From: Phycisphaerae bacterium
GTDB taxonomy: Bacteria > Planctomycetota > Phycisphaerae > UBA1845
Direction of reading: 5' to 3'
NCBI GenBank assembly: GCA_029260015.1
Contig: JAJDEB010000034.1
Coordinates: 49,546-113,545 of the forward strand
Length of the DNA stretch: 64,000 bases
Position 1 is the stretch's first letter. Every line of letters starts with the position of its first letter. The notes beneath the pieces were generated by a model. It ran no database searches, was not told where the DNA came from, and saw only the letters and a list, made by a program, of their open reading frames with translations. Positions 8,442-18,650 of this stretch are shown here, in pieces. Position numbers and translations under genes: made by a program.

Positions 8442-9752
8442 CTACGTCGACTCAATCTTGCAGTTTGGATTATCAAGAAACGCATCAAGCATCAGAGTGG
8501 CCTGGTTGGAGGTGGCCATATCCTTAACACTGACCGCTTTTGAAGTATCGAAATTCCCTTCCACGATAACGACTCGTCCAGCGTTTCGCGAGGCTGCTTG
8601 TTTGAATTGCTTCCCGACCCCTTGGCGCTGATAGGAAAACGTTGCGGACAATCCCTTTTCGCGGAGTTTAGAGGTGATGTTTAACACAATATCAAAAACG
8701 CTTGGGTCGGCATCTATGACAAAATAATCAATCGACTCAGTCGTTGACGGCATTTTATCAAATTCAGCAAGCAGGTCGGCGATCACCACATCGCTTGTGG
8801 CAAAACCAACCGCAGCCACCGACGGGCCACCCATGTTTTCGATCAATTGGTCGTATCGCCCTCCACCGCCAACCGCCCTGCGAAGCCCCCCTTTTCCGAA
8901 GGCTTCGAATACGACGCCGGTGTAATACGCCAACCCGCGCACGACGCCCATGTCAAATTGACAGTAGTCGCTCGCACCAAATGCACCCAAGTACTCGATG
9001 ACCTTGCGAACACTTTCGCATCCGTCGGTTGACACGTCAGACTCGCGAAGAAAAGTTGCAATCGAATTCAAACCTTCGAGCCCCGCCGCCTCACCGAAAC
9101 GTTTCAGCGTTTCCTTTTGGCCGTTTTCCAGTTCGATCTTTGCGAGCAGTTCTTCAAATGCCACGGCAGAAAGTTTGTCGCGCTTATCAAGGGCCGCGTA
9201 AACAGCCGGTTGTTTTTCTTCAGGCACTTTGGCAGCTTGCAGAAGCGAAGCAACAATTTCGCGCGAGTTTAGTTTGATCTCAACCTGCTGCGGCGAAAGG
9301 CCCAGCTCACGGAAAAAATCGACGAGTACGAAGATACATTCGGCGTCGGCGAGTTCGCTTTGTTCACCGATGATGTCGATGTTCCATTGGAAAAATTCAC
9401 GAAGGCGGCCCCGCTGCGGTCGCTCTGCCCGACACAATCGCGGCTGGGAATACCACTTGATCGGTTTGGGAAGTGAGTTCACCCGAGCAGCGACCATACG
9501 GGCCAGCGTTGGTGTCATTTCGGGCCGGATCGCCAATTCGCGCCCGCCTCGATCGTTGAAATGGAATAGCTGATCAACGATTTCATCGCCGCTCTTGACG
9601 CGGTACAAATCCAAGTCTTCAAAGATGGGACCGTCGTACTCGACGAATCCGTTGCGGCGCGAGACGTCGTCCCATTTGCCCATGATCCATCGGCGCAGGG
9701 CCATATCGTCCGGGTAGAAATCACGGGTGCCTTTGGGAGATTTGAATCGCAT
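8442..9752 (-). CDS. hisS: Histidine--tRNA ligase
   Basis: PKGTRDF, RPEMTP, RAERPQRGRLREFFQ, VRGLAYYTG, GGGRYD. Confidence 0.97.
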   Translation of the reverse strand: MRFKSPKGTRDFYPDDMALRRWIMGKWDDVSRRNGFVEYDGPIFEDLDLYRVKSGDEIVDQLFHFNDRGGRELAIRPEMTPTLARMVAARVNSLPKPIKWYSQPRLCRAERPQRGRLREFFQWNIDIIGEQSELADAECIFVLVDFFRELGLSPQQVEIKLNSREIVASLLQAAKVPEEKQPAVYAALDKRDKLSAVAFEELLAKIELENGQKETLKRFGEAAGLEGLNSIATFLRESDVSTDGCESVRKVIEYLGAFGASDYCQFDMGVVRGLAYYTGVVFEAFGKGGLRRAVGGGGRYDQLIENMGGPSVAAVGFATSDVVIADLLAEFDKMPSTTESIDYFVIDADPSVFDIVLNITSKLREKGLSATFSYQRQGVGKQFKQAASRNAGRVVIVEGNFDTSKAVSVKDMATSNQATLMLDAFLDNPNCKIEST

Positions 9753-9832
9753 GGATACTCTTATCGTTGACTGATTTGGCAAGGACTCGGTTCATGGACA
9801 GTTGCCAGAAACCCCGCTTGCGGTACGCGATA

Positions 9833-10600
9833 CTATGGCGTTTCGATCGTGTCGGTAAACGTCATGCGATTCCCAGCCACATCGTAAATGGAAAACTCCA
9901 CTTCGGTCGTGCCCGTCGGATTCAGCTGATCGCCGGTCGGTAAGTACGCGACCCAGCGTGAACCGTCTGCATTTTCGTCCGAAATCTCGAACCCGACCCG
10001 AGGCGGGCGATGCTCAAAAACGCTTACCAGTCGATCTTCGGCGCAACGAAACGTCAGCTTGCCGGTGCCCAAATCGTATGCGTCTTCAGGCTTCGGAAGT
10101 TTGAATCGGACGATACTCTGATACACGGTAAGCGTCACGCTTGCACTGGCGACGCGCCTGTCGGGTTTGTTGTAAGGACTTTCGGTTTGCAACCATTTGC
10201 CGGAAATCTGCATGAAGTCGCGATCGTCTTGGGTTGAAAACGCCGAGGCCGCCACCGCAATTTGTGCGCCATCTTCGACACCGGAGAACGTATACTCCGC
10301 TTTGAACCCCCCTGTTTCGTCGAGTTCGGCTTCTACCCGATTACCACCGATTGAAAACGCGCAGTAATCAGCGATACCGCCAGCGTCAATCGAATCATTG
10401 CTCAGCGGTTTCTTGAGGACAAAGCTAAATTCAACCGTCTCGCCGACGTGAATGCTCTGACGTTTCGCGATGGACCATGTGCCGCCATCGGTTCCACCGC
10501 TTGACGTCGCCAGCGATCCCGACAAGCAGCCAGTGGCGCTCAACAGCACGCAGCCGCACAGCATGAACGCAAACGCATTTTGTGATCGCAGGTTATTCAT
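9833..10600 (-). CDS. Hypothetical lipoprotein
   Basis: Signal peptide with lipobox-like LSATG-C; beta-rich mature part; overlaps the upstream gene by 8 bp. Confidence 0.7.
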   Translation of the reverse strand: MNNLRSQNAFAFMLCGCVLLSATGCLSGSLATSSGGTDGGTWSIAKRQSIHVGETVEFSFVLKKPLSNDSIDAGGIADYCAFSIGGNRVEAELDETGGFKAEYTFSGVEDGAQIAVAASAFSTQDDRDFMQISGKWLQTESPYNKPDRRVASASVTLTVYQSIVRFKLPKPEDAYDLGTGKLTFRCAEDRLVSVFEHRPPRVGFEISDENADGSRWVAYLPTGDQLNPTGTTEVEFSIYDVAGNRMTFTDTIETP

Positions 10601-11063
10601 GTCGCAAAAGCACCCTCAACGAGGCGACGGTATTGGAGGCCATCAATCCCTTGGGACCGCCCTTTCGAGCGCCATTCTTTCGCGTTCGCGGTTGTGGCGG
10701 ACTGTCGAAAACGCCTCGCTTGCCGATCTGTTCGACGGCATAGTCCTGAACGTCCTGGGGCGTTCTGAGGATGACGTCGTACTGGTAATCGCCACCGGAA
10801 TAGTCGCACTCGCCGGCATCGTATTCGCGGCAGATCATCGGGCGCGTTTCGTATATCCCGCACATGTTGTCGGGTTGGAGGTTTTCGCAGTCGGCAGAAA
10901 TCTGGATGTACCAGTCGCCATCTTCGACGAACACCGAAATGCCTTTGTGCATGACGTACCAGCGCATGTCGTCAAAGTCGCGGCGATCGGTCGGTTCTTC
11001 AATCGGAAGCGCGATGTACCGGCAGCATGCCCCCGTGCAATGTTCACACAATATTGAACCCAT
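10593..11063 (-). CDS. YkgJ family cysteine-cluster (Fe-S/Zn) protein
   Basis: CEHCTGACC, CENL...CGIYETRPMICREY. Confidence 0.9.
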   Translation of the reverse strand: MGSILCEHCTGACCRYIALPIEEPTDRRDFDDMRWYVMHKGISVFVEDGDWYIQISADCENLQPDNMCGIYETRPMICREYDAGECDYSGGDYQYDVILRTPQDVQDYAVEQIGKRGVFDSPPQPRTRKNGARKGGPKGLMASNTVASLRVLLRHE

Positions 11064-11232
11064 GAGTCAAAGTCCTTTTTGGCCGTTGCAATCCTTGCCA
11101 GTTTCGCTCAGTTTGCGAATCATCCGTAATTCGCGGATTATAGAATCGATCGCATGACGATGCCAACATTGAATGCGTATGGGGTCGATTCGTGCGTCGT
11201 ACGTTTTGCTTTTCGGGTGAGTATTGTATGCC

Positions 11233-11877
11233 ATGAGAATCATTGGTGGGCGGTGGCGCTCGCGAAAAATCAAATGGCCGCAGAGTGGTCAGACCCGCCC
11301 CATCACCGATCGGGTTAAGTCGGCACTCTTCGACATCCTCGGTTCGTACTACGACACGCCTGGTGAATTACCAGCGATTCAGGTTGCGGATGTCTTCGCT
11401 GGTGGCGGTTCGATCGGATTGGAGGCATCTTCACGTGGCGCGGAACGGGTTGTGTTTTATGAACAGGATCGCCGGGCGGTGGCCATCCTCAAGAGTAATA
11501 TGGAGCAGTTGCAGATGGGGGCTGAAGGCTCGATCATCGCGACGAATCTTTGGCGCAAAGGGATCACGCTGCCAGCCGGTGCGGGCAAGCACGACCTTGT
11601 GATGTTGGACCCGCCCTTTCCGGTGACGACGGATCTTTCACCGGCATCGCGGATGGGAATCTTGTTGCAACGATTGCGTCAGAATGATGTTGTTAGCGTT
11701 GACGCCCTGCTTGTGTTTCGCCATGAGCGATCCGTCGAAGTGACTGATAAGCTTCCGGGCAATTGGAACGTTTTCGATCAGCGAATCTATGGCCGCAACG
11801 TCATTACACTTCTTCGGGCCAATGATCACGATCAGGAACCGGCGTGGAAAGAACATCTGGAATCGAAAGTCGAATGA
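11233..11877 (+). CDS. rsmD: 16S rRNA m2G966 methyltransferase RsmD family
   Basis: MRIIGG, TRPITDRVKSALF, DVFAGGGSIGLEA, LDPPF. Confidence 0.9.
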   Translation: MRIIGGRWRSRKIKWPQSGQTRPITDRVKSALFDILGSYYDTPGELPAIQVADVFAGGGSIGLEASSRGAERVVFYEQDRRAVAILKSNMEQLQMGAEGSIIATNLWRKGITLPAGAGKHDLVMLDPPFPVTTDLSPASRMGILLQRLRQNDVVSVDALLVFRHERSVEVTDKLPGNWNVFDQRIYGRNVITLLRANDHDQEPAWKEHLESKVE

Positions 11878-13112
11878 ACCGCGATCGCGAAACCCATCTA
11901 AACGCCGAGTTCGAAGCCGCGAAGGCGATCATCGTCGCGCTGAAAGACAATGGGTACAAAGCCCTGCTGGCCGGCGGTTGCGTGCGCGATCGACTCCTCG
12001 GCAAGATTCCGAAGGACTACGACGTCGCGACGTCGGCGACACCTGATGAAGTGTGCAGCATCTTTAAGCGAACGAAGAAAGTTGGCGCGCAGTTTGGCGT
12101 GGTATTGGTTTCGCAGAAGCGACAGGAAATCGAAGTCGCGACGTTCCGCTCGGATGGTATATATCGAGATGGAAGGCGACCCGAAGAAGTCGTATTTACC
12201 GATGCCGAACACGATGCCCAGCGGCGCGATTTTACAATCAATGGGATGTTCTATGACCCCGTGTCCGATCAACTTGTTGATTACGTCAATGGGCAATCCG
12301 ACATATCCGCACGCATCATCCGCTGTATTGGCGAGCCTTCGAAACGCTTTGCAGAAGACCACCTTCGCCTGTTGCGGGCCGTCCGATTTGCGGCGACGCT
12401 CGATTTTGCGATTGAACCAAATACGTTTGAGGCGATGCGGAAGCACGCTGATCAAGTTGCCATCGTCAGTCCGGAGCGCATCCGAGCGGAACTGGCATTG
12501 ATGCTTGCGCCCACCGGACGGAGTCGTGCGTGGCAGAACCTGTGTGATTCAAACTTGTGCAATCACATCATTAAAGGTGTGCAATGGGACGTGAGCCATC
12601 GCGATGCAGCGCAGAAAACCATCGACAAGCTTCCGGATATTTCGACTGTCGCTCTAGGCTTCGCTGCCATGTTCGCACCGATATTTATGGTCCAAGTCGA
12701 TCAAGTCAGGCAAGCCTGTCGTGCAATACGGTGCAGCAATGAAGAATCAGATACGATTTGTCTGCTGCTTAAATGGTCCGTCCGGATTCAAGGTGACGAT
12801 GAACTGGAGCTGGCCGACATCAAGAACATGTTGGCCTCAAATCATTTCGACGAAATTTGCGCATTGGCAAGCGCCTTGGAAAATGAAGCGGTCCAATCCA
12901 TTCGTCAGCGGGCAGAAGAAATCGTCCCCGAAGATGCTGCTCCCCCACCGCTGCTCGACGGGGCATTTCTTCTCGATCAAGACATTCCACAAGGGCCAAT
13001 TTATCGACAGGTGATCGACGCCGTATATCGCGCACAACTCAATGAGAGGGTTTCGACAGTTGAGCAGGCGCAGGCGATGGCGATGGAAATCATTCGCAAG
13101 CAGGCGGATTAA
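11874..13112 (+). CDS. cca: CCA tRNA nucleotidyltransferase (class II, no HD domain)
   Basis: GGCVRD, DYDVAT, RRDFTIN, EDHLRLLRAVRF, SPERI; ATGA coupling to rsmD. Confidence 0.9.
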   Translation: MNRDRETHLNAEFEAAKAIIVALKDNGYKALLAGGCVRDRLLGKIPKDYDVATSATPDEVCSIFKRTKKVGAQFGVVLVSQKRQEIEVATFRSDGIYRDGRRPEEVVFTDAEHDAQRRDFTINGMFYDPVSDQLVDYVNGQSDISARIIRCIGEPSKRFAEDHLRLLRAVRFAATLDFAIEPNTFEAMRKHADQVAIVSPERIRAELALMLAPTGRSRAWQNLCDSNLCNHIIKGVQWDVSHRDAAQKTIDKLPDISTVALGFAAMFAPIFMVQVDQVRQACRAIRCSNEESDTICLLLKWSVRIQGDDELELADIKNMLASNHFDEICALASALENEAVQSIRQRAEEIVPEDAAPPPLLDGAFLLDQDIPQGPIYRQVIDAVYRAQLNERVSTVEQAQAMAMEIIRKQAD

Positions 13113-13138
13113 TTTAGTGCGGGTTTAGCCCTCGTGCC

Positions 13139-13268
13139 TAGTGTTGGCCCACGCGTCATCCTGCGGGTTGCATACCACCGTCATTCCCGCGGATGCGGGA
13201 ATCCACGCCCCTCGCGTTACCCATCGCTCGTACTGGACTCCCGCATGGGCGGGAGTGACGAACCACTA
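13139..13268 (+). repeat. Palindromic MITE/REP-like element, copy 1 (130 bp)
   Basis: TAGTG...CACTA ends; internal hairpins ATTCCC-N8-GGGAAT and ACTCCC-N8-GGGAGT; homologous to 27724-27851 and 63335-63465. Confidence 0.9.
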
Positions 13269-13652
13269 ACCGCCCAACGCGCGGATGCGTTCTTCAAGCG
13301 GGCCAATATCGGTGATACGGATACCGAAGTTTTCGCCGACCTTGACGGCTTGCCCTTTACCGATGTGGCGGTTGCCCACGACGAGGTCGAGCTCAGCATC
13401 GCTGGATCTTGAGAATTCTAGAATGGTTCCCGCCCCGATTTCGAGGACATCGCGCATGGGCATGGTTCGCTCGGCGAGATGAACGATGATGGGAACGTTG
13501 AGGTGAAACAGTTTACGCATTTGGGGGGTGAGCTTGGACAGGTCGATCTGCATCGGTCGAGGCGCAGGCGATTTGGCCTGAGGAGCTTCATTGACGAGCT
13601 CAGCCGATGAGGCCATCAGCGAATCGATTTCATCTTGTTCGAGAATCGACAT
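13266..13652 (-). CDS. FliN/FliY-like flagellar switch protein (SpoA domain with N-terminal CheY-binding-like peptide)
   Basis: SILEQDEIDSLM N-terminus; VPIIVHLAE...GTILEF...IGKGQAVKVGENFGIRIT. Confidence 0.85.
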   Translation of the reverse strand: MSILEQDEIDSLMASSAELVNEAPQAKSPAPRPMQIDLSKLTPQMRKLFHLNVPIIVHLAERTMPMRDVLEIGAGTILEFSRSSDAELDLVVGNRHIGKGQAVKVGENFGIRITDIGPLEERIRALGG

Positions 13653-13724
13653 GTCGGATCTCAATCCAAGGCAGCGCGCAGCGCAACCATATTTGTGGAA
13701 CCTAAACGATTGTCCTTGTTGGAA

Positions 13725-13752
13725 TTATCGGCGATCGGGAAATCGCCCTTGA
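13725..13752 (-). promoter_or_regulatory. Putative sigma28 (FliA) promoter of the fliN-like gene
   Basis: Minus strand TCAA-N16-GCCGATAA with a perfect -10, about 70 bp upstream of the start. Confidence 0.65.
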
Positions 13753-13873
13753 GGATGCTGATTTAGCCGAACAGGCCACCCTAATCAGCGCTGTCAGCAA
13801 AGTAAGGCGACCCTGACCGTACAGGCGACCGTGTCCGTTCAATGCAGGTGGATATGCTGCCGCAGAACGGTCT

Positions 13874-15124
13874 TTAGGGTTTGTATTGACCGAGCAGGAT
13901 CGACGAGTTGTGGCCGCCAAACCCGAACGAATTGCTCATGGCGTAATTGATTCGCTGATCACGGGGCGTCTTGGGGACATAGTCCAAATCGCAACCTTCA
14001 CTCGGATTGTCCAGATTCAACGTTGGCGGCAGGGTTGAATTCTTCATGGCCAAGATCGTGGTGATCGTCTCAACGCCGCCACTGCCGCCCAAAAGATGAC
14101 CGATGGAACTCTTGGTGCTGCTGATCGCCACGTTCTTAGCTGCCGGTCCGAATGTCCGCTTGATCGCCGTGGTCTCAGCCAAGTCGCCAAGCGGCGTGCT
14201 GGTGCCGTGGGCGTTGATGTAGTCGATGTCATCGACTGTAAGCTTGGCCTGACGGAGTGCCTGCTCCATCGCGAAGGCAGCCCCTTCGCCAGTTTCCAGC
14301 GGTTGGGTGATATGTGTCGCATCCGAAGTCGCACCAAACCCAATGACTTCAGCATGGATCGTCGCCCCTCGGGCTTTGGCGTGTTCAAGCTCCTCAAAAA
14401 CAAGCATGCCCGCACCTTCGCCCAGGATGAAACCATCGCGATCACGATCGAACGGGCGACTGGCTCGCGCCGGGTCGTCGTTTCGAGTGCTGAGAGCTTT
14501 CATCGCGGCGAATGCACCGAGACCGAGCGGGGTCAATGCCGCTTCTGAACCACCCGTAAAAACAAGATCGCATTCGTCGTGGTGAATCGCACTGTAAGCG
14601 TCCTTCATGGCATGCCCGGCTGAAGCGCACGCCGTACCAACTGTGGTGCTGATGCCTTGTAGATTCTGCTCAATGGCCACGTTTCCCGCCGCCGCATTGA
14701 TCATCAATTTCGGAATGGTAAATGCAGAAATTCGGTCGGGCCCCTTGTTGACCAGACGCAAATGCTGCTGCTCAAATTCGAGCAACCCGCCAATGCCTGA
14801 GCCCAGGATGACGCCCAATCGGCGCGGATCACCGGAGTACGATTCGGATTCGTAGCCAGATGACTTGGCCGCTTCGCGCGCAGCGACGATCGCCAACTGG
14901 GCAAATCGATCGATTCGCTTTGCCGACTTTCGATCAAAGTGATCCTCTTCGCGATAATCACGACACTCGCCACCGATACGCACTTCAAATGGTGACGCGT
15001 CGAAGATCGTGATGTCACGAACGCCGCTCTTGCCCTCCAGCAGATTTGACCAGAACGTATCCACGTCCATGCCAATGCTGGTGACCACCCCCAAACCAGT
15101 GACGACTACGCGACGTTGCGACAT
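13874..15124 (-). CDS. fabF: 3-oxoacyl-ACP synthase II
   Basis: RRVVVTGLG, TACASAG, YINAHGTST, GHLLG, SNSFGFGGHN. Confidence 0.97.
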   Translation of the reverse strand: MSQRRVVVTGLGVVTSIGMDVDTFWSNLLEGKSGVRDITIFDASPFEVRIGGECRDYREEDHFDRKSAKRIDRFAQLAIVAAREAAKSSGYESESYSGDPRRLGVILGSGIGGLLEFEQQHLRLVNKGPDRISAFTIPKLMINAAAGNVAIEQNLQGISTTVGTACASAGHAMKDAYSAIHHDECDLVFTGGSEAALTPLGLGAFAAMKALSTRNDDPARASRPFDRDRDGFILGEGAGMLVFEELEHAKARGATIHAEVIGFGATSDATHITQPLETGEGAAFAMEQALRQAKLTVDDIDYINAHGTSTPLGDLAETTAIKRTFGPAAKNVAISSTKSSIGHLLGGSGGVETITTILAMKNSTLPPTLNLDNPSEGCDLDYVPKTPRDQRINYAMSNSFGFGGHNSSILLGQYKP

Positions 15125-15230
15125 AAAGATCCGTTTCAAATGCCCGAGCTTCGAGCCAAAACACAGAATCGAAACCGAGCAATGGCGTGAACGGGTTCAC
15201 GCATTCAGCGATTTCGATTCTATTTCAAGA

Positions 15231-15488
15231 CTAAGACGAGCGAGCGGCCATCTGCTTTTCAATAAAGTCAACCGCAGCGCCAACCGTTTGAAGCTTTTCT
15301 GCTTCTTCGTCCGGGATGCTGGTGTCAAACTCGTCTTCGAGTTCCATGACCAATTCGACCGTATCCAGCGAGTCGGCATTGAGATCGTTTACAAACGAGG
15401 TCGCAGTTGTGATTTCACTTTTATCGACACCCATCTGCTCGCTGACGATTTCGCATACCTTCTCTTCGATTTCCTCACGAGTTGCCAC
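15231..15488 (-). CDS. acpP: Acyl carrier protein
   Basis: [20 protein letters not shown]; GTG start after GGAGGA. Confidence 0.97.
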   Translation of the reverse strand: MATREEIEEKVCEIVSEQMGVDKSEITTATSFVNDLNADSLDTVELVMELEDEFDTSIPDEEAEKLQTVGAAVDFIEKQMAARSS

Positions 15489-15757
15489 AGAAAGTCCTCC
15501 GACATACAAGTCTGCCGATTGGCTTCATGCCAAACGAACATATAACCGGTAGGGGTTCCGCTGAACCCCTTTCTATTGTATCTCCAACAATCAATCTGGC
15601 ACGCACACACCCAGTCATTTATTGGGGTATTTCGCACCGAGTTCGCGGTGATCCTAGCTTGCTTAATCCAAATTCGCAACCATATGCGCTGCGATTACGG
15701 TTGATTGATCGCATCGTGAACCGAGCGTCAAAAAAGCCGAAAATCGAGGGCTGTGAA

Positions 15758-16504
15758 TTACATATGAAGTCCACCATCGACGACCAGAACCTGACCTGTG
15801 ATATACGAAGCCGCCGGTGATGCCAGGAAGCAAACCGCCTCCGCAATTTCGTCGCCCGAACCGAACCGCTTCATCGGGATCAAGGGCAAGACCCCTTCCT
15901 TGACCTTGTCTGGAAGCACATCGGTCATGTCGGTTTCGATAAACCCCGGGGCAACCGCGTTGCACGTGATCTTTCGTCGGGCTAGTTCCTTACCAGCCGA
16001 CTTGGTCAAACCGATCAGAGCGGCTTTGCTGGCCGAGTAGTTCGCCTGTCCCGGATTGCCCATCAACCCTGCCACACTTGAAATGTTAACCATTCGACCG
16101 TATCGAGCACGCATCATGTGCTTCGTCGCTGAACGCATCAATCGAAACGCCGCTCGCAGGTTTGCGTCGATCACGGCATCAAAGTCATCATCAGACATGG
16201 TCGCGAGCAATCCGTCGCGGGTGATGCCAGCATTGTTGACCAGGATGTCCAGTCGCCCTTGCTCCTCGACAGTGTCCTCAACGATTTTCTCGCAAGCGGC
16301 TGCATCAGTTACGTCCAACGTCGCCGGAATGATCTTGCCTGGAAACTCACGCTGCTTCGCTTCTTTGGCGACGTCTTCCAGCTTTTCAATGGACCGGGCA
16401 CACGCAACGACCGACACGCCTTTCTCAGCCAGCGCCAAGCTGATAGAACGTCCGATGCCGCGACTTCCACCTGTCACGATCGCCACTTGTCCTTGCCAGT
16501 CCAT
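15758..16504 (-). CDS. fabG: 3-oxoacyl-ACP reductase
   Basis: [32 protein letters not shown]. Confidence 0.97.
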   Translation of the reverse strand: MDWQGQVAIVTGGSRGIGRSISLALAEKGVSVVACARSIEKLEDVAKEAKQREFPGKIIPATLDVTDAAACEKIVEDTVEEQGRLDILVNNAGITRDGLLATMSDDDFDAVIDANLRAAFRLMRSATKHMMRARYGRMVNISSVAGLMGNPGQANYSASKAALIGLTKSAGKELARRKITCNAVAPGFIETDMTDVLPDKVKEGVLPLIPMKRFGSGDEIAEAVCFLASPAASYITGQVLVVDGGLHM

Positions 16505-16542
16505 CTCAAAACTCCTTTACCGACCGAAACGCATCTTGAAAC

Positions 16543-17484
16543 TTAAGAGATGCTGGCCAAGTCCTGCTGTTTGATGTCTTCGATTTTACCGATGCTTACC
16601 GTTTTGGCGCTCTTGTCAATCTTGCGGACCAACCCCTTGAGTACGCGATTTGGCCCTATCTCGGCGAAATCCTGATAACCGTCGGCGATTAATTTCTCGA
16701 CGCAGTCCTGCCATCGCACCGGTTGGGTCACCTGATCGACGAGCAGTTTGCGGATCGATTGCGGGTTCTCGTGATAACCACCTGTGACGTTGGACATTAC
16801 CGGTATGCTTGGCGCGTTGATCTCAACGTCCGTAAGCACTTCGGCCAACCCGTCAGCCGCCGACTGCATCAGCGGAGAATGAAACGCGCCCGCCACTTTC
16901 AGTGCCACCGCACGAAAGCCTTTTTGCGATGCCAATTCAACCGAGCGGTCGCAGGCAGCCTGATCACCAGAGATCACGATTTGCCCCGGGCAATTCAGAT
17001 TGGCTGGGCTAAGCACGCCGCCCTGTGCAGCCTCATCACAAATGGATTTGGCTTGATTCTCATCCACTCCAATTAGCGAAACCATACCGCTATCGACTGC
17101 GTTGGCTGCGGCTTGCATCAACTGACCGCGGCGCTGAACGAGTCGCACGACATCTTCAAACTTCAGGCATCCCGCATGGTATAGCGCGGTGTACTCTCCG
17201 AGACTTAATCCGGCTGTCGCCGACAACATCGACCGCGTATCGACGCGTTCACCCAGCGCTTCCAACAGCGCGATGCTGGTCACCAGAATCGCCGGCTGCT
17301 GAACGTCGGTTGCTTCCAACTGTTCCGGCGTTCCTTCAAAACAAAGTGCCCGAAGGTCGAAACCCACCAGCGCGTTGGCCTGTTCGTAGACTTCTTTGGC
17401 CCGAGCACTGGCATCGACGAGGTCGGCACCCATGCCGGAAAGCTGTGAACCCTGTCCTGGAAAAATAGCTGCCTTTTTCTGCAT
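16543..17484 (-). CDS. fabD: Malonyl-CoA:ACP transacylase
   Basis: FPGQGSQ, GLSLGEY, GAFHS. Confidence 0.97.
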   Translation of the reverse strand: MQKKAAIFPGQGSQLSGMGADLVDASARAKEVYEQANALVGFDLRALCFEGTPEQLEATDVQQPAILVTSIALLEALGERVDTRSMLSATAGLSLGEYTALYHAGCLKFEDVVRLVQRRGQLMQAAANAVDSGMVSLIGVDENQAKSICDEAAQGGVLSPANLNCPGQIVISGDQAACDRSVELASQKGFRAVALKVAGAFHSPLMQSAADGLAEVLTDVEINAPSIPVMSNVTGGYHENPQSIRKLLVDQVTQPVRWQDCVEKLIADGYQDFAEIGPNRVLKGLVRKIDKSAKTVSIGKIEDIKQQDLASIS

Positions 17485-17534
17485 CGCGCTTATCTTGGCT
17501 CCAAAAATTTAGAGTTTCAGCCGAATCGATAATA

Positions 17535-18527
17535 TCAAATACGCACAATGATGACCGCCCAGGTCAGACCGGCACCGAACGCAATCATCATCACAGTGTC
17601 GCCCGATTTAACGCGCCCATCACGGCGGGCTTCGTCCAAGGCCATCCCCACCGACGCGGCTGACGTGTTGCCATAGCGGTCGATGTTGACCACGAACTTT
17701 TCGATCGGGAGTTTCATTTTTTCCTGCACACTCTCGATGATTCGCAGATTCGATTGGTGCGGTACGATCAGGTCGATGTCTTCTGTTTTCAGTCCGGTAT
17801 CTTTCAGCGCCTGCTGCACCAGTCGGTTGAACTTGACCACTGCGAATTTGTAGACTTCGCGTCCCTTCATCCGCAGTTTGTCGAGTTTTTCGGCTAGCGT
17901 TGCTTCTGTATGAGGAAGTCTTGAACCGCCAGCAGGTTGCCAAATGTAGTCTGCACAAGTGCCATCTGCGCCGAGATTCTGATAAATCACGCCCCGCTCA
18001 GGGTCATCCGAATGCGACATCACCACCGCAGACGCCCCGTCGCCAAACAAGACGCAGGTCGACCTATCTTGCATGTCGGTGATGCGACTCAACGTTTCGG
18101 CGCCGACGATCAGAATGTGCTTGTACATCCCAGAATGCAAGTACATTGCGGCCTGCGTCATGCCATAAATCAAGCCGGCGCACGCAGCGTTGATGTCCAT
18201 CGCTCCGGCATTCTTCGCTCCCAACTCGCCTTGCAGCCAACACGCTGCCGACGGCACATAGGTGTCGGGTGTGACCGTGGCAAAGAGAATCAGATCTAAA
18301 TCTTCCGGTTCGATGCCTGCATCTGCAAGCGCCTTGCGCGATGCGTCCGTCGCCATTGTTACGGTGGTTTCACCCTCACCGGCGCGATGTCGCTGCTTGA
18401 TGCCGCTGCGCGTGGTGATCCACTCGTCGGAAGTATCGAGGTAGCCGGCGAAGTGATCGTTGCCGAGCACTTCCTTGGGGACCGACATTCCGGTTCCTGT
18501 GATGGCGGCACGCAGCGTTGGGTTCAT
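17535..18527 (-). CDS. fabH: 3-oxoacyl-ACP synthase III
   Basis: AACAG, LFGDGA, PHQSN, GNTSAAS, FGAGLTW. Confidence 0.97.
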   Translation of the reverse strand: MNPTLRAAITGTGMSVPKEVLGNDHFAGYLDTSDEWITTRSGIKQRHRAGEGETTVTMATDASRKALADAGIEPEDLDLILFATVTPDTYVPSAACWLQGELGAKNAGAMDINAACAGLIYGMTQAAMYLHSGMYKHILIVGAETLSRITDMQDRSTCVLFGDGASAVVMSHSDDPERGVIYQNLGADGTCADYIWQPAGGSRLPHTEATLAEKLDKLRMKGREVYKFAVVKFNRLVQQALKDTGLKTEDIDLIVPHQSNLRIIESVQEKMKLPIEKFVVNIDRYGNTSAASVGMALDEARRDGRVKSGDTVMMIAFGAGLTWAVIIVRI

Positions 18528-18543
18528 GGGATTTCAAACCTTG

Positions 18544-18573
18544 GATGACTGCCAATTCTCAGATGACTGCCAA
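18544..18573. repeat. 12-bp direct repeat GATGACTGCCAA x2 (18-bp period) upstream of fabH
   Basis: Copies at 18544-18555 and 18562-18573. Confidence 0.85.
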
Positions 18574-18650
18574 GACACTGTTGGCCAATTGCCCACGCGG
18601 TTTATCGAAAGGTAAGAGTCACCACAGTTTGCTACTAAGGATGTTTGCGA

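Noticed and set aside
13139-13268. Integron attC sites or tRNA/ncRNA genes as an explanation for the repeats
   Set aside because: The copies are dispersed and in both orientations, with no cassette array, integrase or cloverleaf.
13134-13412. ORFs with similar peptides at 13134, 27406-27822 and 63337-63711
   Set aside because: The similarity comes from reading through the repeat element, and the ORFs overlap real genes on the opposite strand.
13266-13652. Type III secretion SctQ
   Set aside because: There are no T3SS genes nearby, and the CheY-binding-like peptide and sigma28 motif favour a flagellar role.
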